Positions 47,890-54,801 of a stretch of DNA of 54,801 bases are shown one piece after another. Origin of the DNA: Candidatus Amesbacteria bacterium GW2011_GWA1_47_20. Lineage in GTDB: Bacteria > Patescibacteriota > Microgenomatia > CAZETR01 > Amesbacteraceae. The notes beneath the pieces were generated by a model. The model made no database searches. It worked only from the letters and a program-made list of their open reading frames with translations, and was not told where the DNA came from. The position numbers and the translations under genes are program-made. The stretch covers positions 1-54,801 of the forward strand of contig LCOA01000002.1 of the NCBI GenBank assembly GCA_001002405.1, in the 5' to 3' direction. Each line of letters opens with the position of its first letter. Positions within the stretch are counted from its first letter, which is position 1.

Positions 47890-48522
47890 ATGCTAAAAGT
47901 TGATATTTTGACGCTATTCCCAGAAATGTTTACAGGGCCATTTGATCATTCAATTGTTCGGCGGGCGACTGATAAGTCGCTAGTGGAAATAAAAATCCAC
48001 AACTTGAGGGATTGGGCGACAGATAAATATAAATCGGTAGATGATAAACCGTATGGGGGAGGACCGGGAATGGTCATACGCGTTGACGTCGTCAACGCAG
48101 CGGTCACAGCCCTCAGGTCTCAACGCACAAAAGTTATTTTGTTAGACGCCGGAGGAAAGAAATTTAACCAGAAAAAAGCAGCTGATTTATCACATGATGA
48201 GCACTTGATATTGATTTGCGGACACTATGAAGGCGTGGACCATAGAGTGCATGAACATATTGCAGATGAAGTAATTTCCATTGGTGACTATGTGTTATCC
48301 GGCGGGGAGGTTCCGGCGATGGTGGTGGTAGATACAATTGTGCGGTTGTTACCTGGGGCGTTGGGAAATGAGCAATCTTTGATTGAAGAATCACATAATG
48401 CGGGAGAAGCCGAATACCCTCAATATACCCGCCCCGAAGAATACAACGGCTGGAAGGTTCCTGAAATTCTTCTCTCTGGTGATCACGCCAAAATTAAGAA
48501 GTGGCGATCCCCTGCTCAATAA
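47890..48522 (+). CDS. trmD: tRNA (guanine37-N1)-methyltransferase
   Basis: [53 protein letters not shown]. Confidence 0.97.
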   Translation: MLKVDILTLFPEMFTGPFDHSIVRRATDKSLVEIKIHNLRDWATDKYKSVDDKPYGGGPGMVIRVDVVNAAVTALRSQRTKVILLDAGGKKFNQKKAADLSHDEHLILICGHYEGVDHRVHEHIADEVISIGDYVLSGGEVPAMVVVDTIVRLLPGALGNEQSLIEESHNAGEAEYPQYTRPEEYNGWKVPEILLSGDHAKIKKWRSPAQ

Positions 48523-49330
48523 GTTTATCTACTACTTGCTTCCAGGGTGAAAAATCAAAACTGGGTTTGAGTCCGCCAAATTTGGGGTAACGCTTGGGAT
48601 CAACCGACGACTTTTGCACGCCGGAAATATCTTTGCCTAATTTTTGCAAGAGATAGGTAATGATTTCATACGGGGTGGTCGTGTCCGGACAGCTCATGTG
48701 AAAGACGCCGGAGAGATTTTGATCAATGATTTTTTGCAGTGCCAGACAAGCCTCGTCAATATAGGTAAGAGAAATTTGCTGGTCGGTAAAAAGCGGATAA
48801 AGTTTGCCCTGATTAAACAGGTCTAGGGGTTTGCGCAGATAATCGAGCTTAGCTGGGTATTTGGCCCGGATGGGGGAGATAAGACGGACGACGGTTCCCC
48901 TGTCCCCCACAACTCTTTCTGCTTCGGCTTTGGAATAACCATACCAAGTTAGCAGTTGGCTGTTGGTCTCTGGCTGATGGTCTGCCGCGTAAGGACCGGG
49001 GTCGGCGGCAGATCCGGAAAAGACATAATTGGTGGAGATGTGAATTAAACGGGTATTAGCAAGAAGTGCAGCGACAAGATTTTTGGTTCCTTCCACATTT
49101 ATTTGCCAGCAGGGTCCGTTTTGGTCGCCACGTTGTTTTTCAGCTTCGGAGACGTTGGTGTAGGCGGCAAAGTTCAAAACAACATCCGGATTTTCCTTGG
49201 CCAGATATTCTCCGGGGTGAGCCAGGTCAAATTCACCCAGACCCGGAGTGAGAAGATCTTGGGGATGCGGGTACAGCTCTACAAATCTTGATCCCACTAG
49301 TCCGAAAGCTCCTGTAACTAGTGTTTTCAT
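48494..49330 (-). CDS. rfbD: dTDP-4-dehydrorhamnose reductase family SDR
   Basis: [28 protein letters not shown]; last gene of the rfb cluster. Confidence 0.82.
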   Translation of the reverse strand: MKTLVTGAFGLVGSRFVELYPHPQDLLTPGLGEFDLAHPGEYLAKENPDVVLNFAAYTNVSEAEKQRGDQNGPCWQINVEGTKNLVAALLANTRLIHISTNYVFSGSAADPGPYAADHQPETNSQLLTWYGYSKAEAERVVGDRGTVVRLISPIRAKYPAKLDYLRKPLDLFNQGKLYPLFTDQQISLTYIDEACLALQKIIDQNLSGVFHMSCPDTTTPYEIITYLLQKLGKDISGVQKSSVDPKRYPKFGGLKPSFDFSPWKQVVDKLIEQGIATS

Positions 49331-49331
49331 A

Positions 49332-49895
49332 CTACATTATATCTGGTTCGACGAAATCGAAGGGTAGCTGTTTTGGATCAATTCTATGTTCTTCGGTTTC
49401 AGAGTCAGCTTTGAATACTTGATCCGCAAAATAAACCAAGGTCACCGGAAAGTTGTTGGGATTTATGAAACCGTGAGCCACCCCATGGGGAATATACAAC
49501 GCCTTATCTGGTGACAGTACTACTTTGGTTTTTTGACCATATGTTTCTGACCCTTCCCTTAGATCCACTAGACCTACTAACAAAATGGAGTTGGTCGTCC
49601 AAATTTCATTTTGACTGGGATGGATATGCCAAAACCTTTTGCCTCCTGCGGCGATATATGACATGTTGGATTGACGGATCTTAAAATTAATACCAAATTC
49701 GATTAATGCTTGAAAATGGAAACTTTCTGATAATCTAAAGTTTTCCTTAAACCACCCGCCCAAGTCGTCAGGGAAGACGTTGATTTTCATAAGCACTACG
49801 TCTTTCGGATGTGGTTCTTTACTGTAAGTCTGCTGAAGCAAATTAACCCCTTTTTCGGTTTTGATTTCCTTGACTGTTTTTTTTATAAATCCCAT
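49332..49895 (-). CDS. rfbC: dTDP-4-dehydrorhamnose 3,5-epimerase family cupin
   Basis: DD.GG.F.E, VDLREGSETYG, LYIPHGVAHGF, plus gene context. Confidence 0.78.
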   Translation of the reverse strand: MGFIKKTVKEIKTEKGVNLLQQTYSKEPHPKDVVLMKINVFPDDLGGWFKENFRLSESFHFQALIEFGINFKIRQSNMSYIAAGGKRFWHIHPSQNEIWTTNSILLVGLVDLREGSETYGQKTKVVLSPDKALYIPHGVAHGFINPNNFPVTLVYFADQVFKADSETEEHRIDPKQLPFDFVEPDIM

Positions 49896-49896
49896 G

Positions 49897-50889
49897 TTAT
49901 TTTTTATATATTGATTCAGCGCGCGCTTTTAGTGGTCTCCACCACCATTTGTTTTGCTGATACCATTCTACGGTTTTGGTTAACCAGATGTCAAAATCAT
50001 GCGTGGATCTCCAACCCAACTGGCGGCGGATTTTTGAACTGTCGAGTGCGTAACGCCTATCGTGACCTGGCCGATCAGGAACGTAAGAAATTAACGATTC
50101 TGGCTTATCCATAATTTTTAGTATTGTCTTAACAATATCGATGTTGTATTTCTCACAATTAACACCGACTAGATAAGTCTCTCCGGGTTGACCTTTTCTC
50201 AACACGATATCGATCGCCGAGCAGTGGTCGTCAACATGTATCCAATCTCTCACATTTTTGCCATCTCCGTATACAGGAAGAGGCTGATTGTCCATAGCGT
50301 TGGTAATTAGCCTGGGAATAAGCTTTTCTGGATCCTGATATGGGCCGTAGTTATTTGAGGTATTAGTGATGGTTATAGGAAGCCCAAAAGTGTGTAAATA
50401 CATTCTGACCACGAAATCGGCGGCTGCTTTGGAGACAGAGTATGGGCTTCTCGGATCGTAGTGGGAATTTTCACTAAATTTGTCACTCGTAGTCAATTTC
50501 AGTGTCCCAAAAACTTCATCTGTGGAAACGTGATGGAATCGCTTCACGTGGTGTTTAACTGCCTGACGGCAGAGAACAGTAGTTCCGACAATGTTTGTTT
50601 TGACGAAGATGTCTGGATCAATAATGGATCTGTCGACGTGGGATTCAGCTGCGAAGTTCACAACGGCATCTATGCCCCCCATGATCTTGTCGACCAGCTT
50701 TTCGTCACAGATATCTCCTTTAACAAAGTTGTAATTTTTCTTCCCAACGATATCTTTTAACGATGATGGGTGGCCAGCATAGGTAAGTTTGTCGAGATTG
50801 ACAATGTAATCTTTGGGGTATTTGTTAAACCAATACTTAATGAAATTCGAGCCGATAAATCCCGCTCCACCGGTAACTAGCAATTTCAT
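49897..50889 (-). CDS. rfbB: dTDP-glucose 4,6-dehydratase
   Basis: TGGAGFIGSNF, AAESHVDRSI, STDEVFG, YSVSKA, RPGHDRRY. Confidence 0.96.
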   Translation of the reverse strand: MKLLVTGGAGFIGSNFIKYWFNKYPKDYIVNLDKLTYAGHPSSLKDIVGKKNYNFVKGDICDEKLVDKIMGGIDAVVNFAAESHVDRSIIDPDIFVKTNIVGTTVLCRQAVKHHVKRFHHVSTDEVFGTLKLTTSDKFSENSHYDPRSPYSVSKAAADFVVRMYLHTFGLPITITNTSNNYGPYQDPEKLIPRLITNAMDNQPLPVYGDGKNVRDWIHVDDHCSAIDIVLRKGQPGETYLVGVNCEKYNIDIVKTILKIMDKPESLISYVPDRPGHDRRYALDSSKIRRQLGWRSTHDFDIWLTKTVEWYQQNKWWWRPLKARAESIYKK

Positions 50890-51611
50890 ATCTTGATACC
50901 TCTTTTCCGAGCCCAATAGAGATTGGCTGCGAGCAGGCTGTCAAATGTGCCTACATCATGCCAATAACCTTTTAGTTCGTGCCACTGCATAGTGCCCTCT
51001 TTAATGTAAAAATTTTGAACATCAGTGATCTCCAGCTGGCCACGTTTAGAAGGCTTAAGTTTTTTTGCCACTGCAAAACAGCGGCTATCAAAAATATATA
51101 GACCCGTGGAAGCATATGGAGAGGGGGGTTTGACTGGTTTCTCTACAACGCCTATGATTTTCTTAGCTTTACTAAAGATTGGAACGCCGAAGCGCTGGGG
51201 GTCAGGTACTTTTTTAAGAAACATTACCGCCCCTCTTTTAAATGAGGCAGCTTCCCGAGAAATATCGGCGTCTGTGGTGTTGTCCCCGAGAATGAGAGTC
51301 AGCGTATCCCCATCGACAAAGTCTTCGGCTACTTTTAACCCATCGGCTATCCCGCCAACCGGATTTTCCTGGTAACCATATTCTAAGTGGTCGAGGCCTA
51401 GCTCTTTGCCATTTTTAAGTATCTGCACAAATTGTCCGGAGTGGGGTCCGGAGACAATAACCATAACATTCTTAATGCCGGCTTTAATCAAAGTTCGCAA
51501 AGGATAGAAAATCATCGGCTCATCGTAAATGGGGAGAAGGTGTTTGTTGGTGACGTAAGTTAGGGGTTGAAGCCTGGTAGCTAAACCGCCGGCGAGAACG
51601 ACACCTTTCAT
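50886..51611 (-). CDS. rfbA: Glucose-1-phosphate thymidylyltransferase (short form)
   Basis: LAGGLATRLQPLT...KHLLP.YD.PMI, LGDN, EKP, PSKRGQLEITD, W.D.GT. Confidence 0.92.
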   Translation of the reverse strand: MKGVVLAGGLATRLQPLTYVTNKHLLPIYDEPMIFYPLRTLIKAGIKNVMVIVSGPHSGQFVQILKNGKELGLDHLEYGYQENPVGGIADGLKVAEDFVDGDTLTLILGDNTTDADISREAASFKRGAVMFLKKVPDPQRFGVPIFSKAKKIIGVVEKPVKPPSPYASTGLYIFDSRCFAVAKKLKPSKRGQLEITDVQNFYIKEGTMQWHELKGYWHDVGTFDSLLAANLYWARKRGIKI

Positions 51612-52174
51612 AGCAGAAGAGATTGTAGCATAAATGTGGCGAGCTTTTGGTGGGTGGTGCCGGCTTGAGTGATGAGGCTTTGATACAGAGATATTTTTTC
51701 TACAGTTAATGGAGTGAATTGGGGAGATTCAAAATCTGATATGAGATCCATAAAGCGCTTGGTGGAAACAGGGTCGGTGCGTCTGAGCTGGGCTATGGTG
51801 ATGTGGGGCAAAAACTTACGGGGCTGGGGGGTGATTGATTCAAGATTTACGATTAATGATTTATGAAGATCATTCAACTCTTCTGATTTGGCTAGAGACA
51901 AATACAGGATGGTGGGCTCGTGGCGACTGTAGAGAGTTTCTACATACAACGGTTGAAGAGTAAATTGGTAAGCGCTTTGAGTGGCTTGAGTGAGGGCTTT
52001 TTTAACTAATGGAACTTCGTCATCAGGAATCTGGCCTAAGAAGTTGAGAGTCATATGAGGACGTTTCTCCCACACCAGAGGAGCTTTAAGTTTCTCGAGT
52101 TGGGGTTGAAGAGTCACGATTTCTGAAACGGTGGTGTCTGGCAGATCGATGGCGGTAAACAGGCGATGTTTCAC
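51608..52174 (-). CDS. thpR: RNA 2',3'-cyclic phosphodiesterase (2H phosphoesterase)
   Basis: RLFTAI, HMTL.FLG and PHITIA (two HxT motifs). GTG start at 52174. Confidence 0.85.
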   Translation of the reverse strand: MKHRLFTAIDLPDTTVSEIVTLQPQLEKLKAPLVWEKRPHMTLNFLGQIPDDEVPLVKKALTQATQSAYQFTLQPLYVETLYSRHEPTILYLSLAKSEELNDLHKSLIVNLESITPQPRKFLPHITIAQLRRTDPVSTKRFMDLISDFESPQFTPLTVEKISLYQSLITQAGTTHQKLATFMLQSLLL

Positions 52175-52440
52175 GCGCGCAGAATGAGCGAGGCAAAAAT
52201 AAGTACCGCAAAAATGGCTACAAGTAAATATTCGAAAACTATCTTGATATGCAAATCCCGATGATGGGCGTGGTGAACAACTCCCCAAACAACATAAGAG
52301 GCGGCCATGCTGACTAGAATTCCTAGCTGAAGAAAACGGTGATAGTCGAACCAGAAAATGCCCCACAGGCCCACAAGCATCACACAGAGAAGGACAAAAT
52401 AATGCAAAGGGTGATGGGCGAAATCGTGTTCGAATGTCAC
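52171..52440 (-). CDS. Small three-TM hypothetical protein
   Basis: Hydrophobic, with YVVWGVVHH...EYLL; coupled to both neighbours by 4-nt overlaps. Confidence 0.75.
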   Translation of the reverse strand: MTFEHDFAHHPLHYFVLLCVMLVGLWGIFWFDYHRFLQLGILVSMAASYVVWGVVHHAHHRDLHIKIVFEYLLVAIFAVLIFASLILRA

Positions 52441-53279
52441 AGTATTTGGCCTTTGGAAATAATGAAGGCGGCTATTAACAAGGCTAACATAAATAACAGA
52501 TGGGCAAAACTTTTGCTGGTCCAGCGGACAACTTTTTTCTGATAAACGGCAACCAGATCAATAACCAGTACGGTGACAAAAATGATAAGCAAGGTAAGGG
52601 AAACGGCCTTGGTTACGTCAAATGGAGAAACTTTGGGCGTGACGATGCCGACAGTTGACGTGGCCGCGGAAACGGGCTGGACAATGCGGGCGGCGGGAGC
52701 GATAGCCGGAGCAGCCGAGAGTTTGGTACCAAACAATTGCACTACCAAAGTAGTCTCCCGGCCCTCTAATGTGCCGTCGACCACGGCGATACCAATGTCC
52801 CGGTAATTACTGTTGAGGAGATTTTCGCGGTGGGTAGGTGAAGCCACCCAGGCGTCAACGATGGATTTGGCATCCGAAAAATCCCGGGCCAGGTTTTCTC
52901 CGGCGTAGCGGTAGGCATACCCGGCAGAGGTGACGAAATACCAAGGTTGAGTGCCAACGGGCGAGACATGGGCCCAGTAATTTCTGGCAAACATATCCGC
53001 GGCTTTTTGAGCGGCGGCTGTGGAAAGTTCGCTGTCTAATTTCACTTCCGACAAACCTGCAGCTGTCCGCTGAACATTGGTCAAGCGGACAATGTCCTCC
53101 GGAGAAATCTGGGAAGCGTAACCTAAGATCTGCGGGTAACCAGTGGCTAATTGACTGAGAAGTAGTTGGAATCCCAAAAAGAAGCCGATGGTAAGAACTA
53201 AAGATGAGGGGTGAAGAAACTTGGCCCGCTGATTATTGGATTCGTGGGGAAAGAAGAGGTGGCGCAGGAATTTCCACAT
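52437..53279 (-). CDS. CAP (SCP/YkwD-like) domain membrane protein
   Basis: LTN..R, AA..KA.DM, YWAH, AGENLA, W..SPTHRENLL, IGIAV. Confidence 0.9.
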   Translation of the reverse strand: MWKFLRHLFFPHESNNQRAKFLHPSSLVLTIGFFLGFQLLLSQLATGYPQILGYASQISPEDIVRLTNVQRTAAGLSEVKLDSELSTAAAQKAADMFARNYWAHVSPVGTQPWYFVTSAGYAYRYAGENLARDFSDAKSIVDAWVASPTHRENLLNSNYRDIGIAVVDGTLEGRETTLVVQLFGTKLSAAPAIAPAARIVQPVSAATSTVGIVTPKVSPFDVTKAVSLTLLIIFVTVLVIDLVAVYQKKVVRWTSKSFAHLLFMLALLIAAFIISKGQIL

Positions 53280-53289
53280 TTGGAAACTA

Positions 53290-54801
53290 TTATGGGCGAC
53301 GCCAGAGCAGAAGTCCAGAGATGATCAAGCCGAGTAAGGCCGTAGGGATGATGACCAGCCACCAGTTGAAATTGAAAGTAGAAGTGCCCCGGACTTGGGG
53401 AGTGGGGGTGGGCGTAGGAGTGGGAGTGGACAAAATCTCCTCTTCTGTTTCTTCAATCTCTTCGGTGGCTACCCCTAAGACGGCGGCGGGTGCTGGGGGA
53501 ACAGCCGGAGGAGTATTCACAGTGGGATTACCTCCTCCACCACCACCGCCGCCACCGGCACTGGCTTCACTGTATGTTCTGGTCATACCTTCGGCGCTAA
53601 TGACCACCGGAGTACCGGCGGAAACAATGCGCCAGTAGTAGCCCATATTGCTAGACAATCCACCTACCACAATTGCATGGGAAGTGCCGTAGTCCGGAAC
53701 GGAATGTTCGGTTCCGGTGCTACTTGCATATCCGTAATTTGGTGAAGCGGAAGGATCAACGCTGCCGTGACTAAGGGTGTCGTAAATTATGCGGCCATCA
53801 GTGGGCCGGTCGGTATTCCAGGTGATTTCAATGCGGGTAGTGTCTATGGTATGACCGTAGATATTGGAAATTACGGCGGCGACATAAATTGGCTCGTCAA
53901 TAGTGGTGACGTTGTCTGCATTATCGGTGACAATAACCCGCAAGATATATTTACCCAGAGCCAAGGACGTAGTGTTCCAGGAAGAACCGGCAATATCATG
54001 GAAACTTTCCTCGCCATCAGCGCGATATTGGAACTGGGTGGACTTGATGCCCGTCATGTTATCGTCTTTGGCGGCCACGGACAAAGCCGCGGTGCCAGAA
54101 ATGGTAGTGTTTGCGGCCGGAGTTGTCCAGGCCACCTCCGGATTTGCGCCATCAGATGTTTCCTCCCATGTAGTGTCAACTAATTCATTGCTGGCTGGCG
54201 ATTGATCATGAACGCTGGTTTCGCCACCGGTGCGTGAGTAAGAAACGTCAGGCATAGTACCCGTGTCGTTGACAGACTTTTCCGTAAGATGTAATAGGAT
54301 AGTGTCATCGTTTGCAGTGGCACCCGAATCCACGGAAGAAACGGTGTAATCGTCGGAGACTGTCCAGTGATCTGCTTCGTCTATAAGAAGCTCGTCGTCT
54401 ATAGGTTCTGAAAACCGGACTTCGATAGTATCCAGGCGACCGTTTGGATCTGTATCTCTGGTAACGGCAGAAATTATGGCAGGTTCGGCCAAGTCGGTAG
54501 TTGGCCAAGTATCGCCAACCAACTCGTTGCCGGCTAAATCGTAAGTGCTTCTCTCCCCATCACTTGAGGCATAGGTAACAGAAGGAGTATTGGCCGTATC
54601 GGGGGTGGGGCCCTCGCCAAAATTCAGAATTAAAATGCGGTCATTAACTCCGCTGCCACTAGTGATTTGTTCCGCTCCGGCTGGGTCAGCCACGTCCCAT
54701 CCGTCAGCTCCCGGCTCAAGTCGAGAATCGTCGATCGGCTCAGAGAAGGTCAATTTGACAGCATCGATGTGACCGTTGTGCTCGGAATCTTGAGTCTCGG
54801 C
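53290..54801 (-). CDS. Large acidic cell-surface protein (partial): Ig-like repeats, FN3-like domain, Gly/Pro-Thr linker, C-terminal TM
   Basis: ORF stays open to the window end. Repeated D...NG..D.....FSEPIDD units, ITWNTD...YYWRIVS, poly-G, TPTPTP, and a C-terminal hydrophobic helix followed by RR. Confidence 0.8.
   Translation of the reverse strand, partial: AETQDSEHNGHIDAVKLTFSEPIDDSRLEPGADGWDVADPAGAEQITSGSGVNDRILILNFGEGPTPDTANTPSVTYASSDGERSTYDLAGNELVGDTWPTTDLAEPAIISAVTRDTDPNGRLDTIEVRFSEPIDDELLIDEADHWTVSDDYTVSSVDSGATANDDTILLHLTEKSVNDTGTMPDVSYSRTGGETSVHDQSPASNELVDTTWEETSDGANPEVAWTTPAANTTISGTAALSVAAKDDNMTGIKSTQFQYRADGEESFHDIAGSSWNTTSLALGKYILRVIVTDNADNVTTIDEPIYVAAVISNIYGHTIDTTRIEITWNTDRPTDGRIIYDTLSHGSVDPSASPNYGYASSTGTEHSVPDYGTSHAIVVGGLSSNMGYYWRIVSAGTPVVISAEGMTRTYSEASAGGGGGGGGGNPTVNTPPAVPPAPAAVLGVATEEIEETEEEILSTPTPTPTPTPQVRGTSTFNFNWWLVIIPTALLGLIISGLLLWRRP

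Noticed and set aside
51608..52366. 252-aa version of thpR
   Set aside because: The extension overlaps the 89-aa membrane gene in another frame; the family-like sequence begins at GTG 52174.
53395..53560. GGAGTG/GGGGTG and CCA/CCG repeats as DNA elements
   Set aside because: The periods are multiples of three and are explained by (TP)n and poly-Gly linkers.
993..54772. Numerous 60-185 aa antisense or alternate-frame ORFs in the track (e.g. 9430-9987, 11581-12033, 13028-13438, 53204-53638)
   Set aside because: They are fully nested in well-supported genes and have no recognisable motifs; treated as shadow ORFs.

Overview
This is an extremely gene-dense bacterial window. I infer a Patescibacteria/CPR (Microgenomates-like) origin from the gene families, the near-absence of intergenic DNA and the leaderless-type promoters. 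About 47 kb is one surface-glycosylation locus: about 22 multi-pass GT-C-fold glycosyltransferase genes (PMT/ArnT-like, PIG-V-like, GT87-like, YfhO/PTPS-related), 11 GT2 units (four polyprenyl-phosphate-sugar synthase-like, one fused to GtrA and one to a GT-C; two split), two GT4s, a Wzx-type flippase, a methyltransferase and the rfbABCD dTDP-rhamnose genes. The window also holds trmD, thpR, a CAP protein and a partial large surface protein. The standout is an AT-rich islet (~20.8-23.3 kb). There a consensus sigma70 promoter drives a ~200-nt leader with a T-box-type antiterminator/terminator switch and an atypical 5' domain, upstream of an uncharacterised GspS/circularly permuted ATP-grasp-like ligase and a histidine phosphatase. 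Other signals: many 7/8/9-nt tandem arrays inside coding sequences (one 37-bp array recurs in two unrelated genes in different frames), a 20-bp palindromic bidirectional leaderless promoter, and several micro-deletions. No rRNA, tRNA, CRISPR or transposase was recognised. All calls come from reading motifs by eye; no searches were run.
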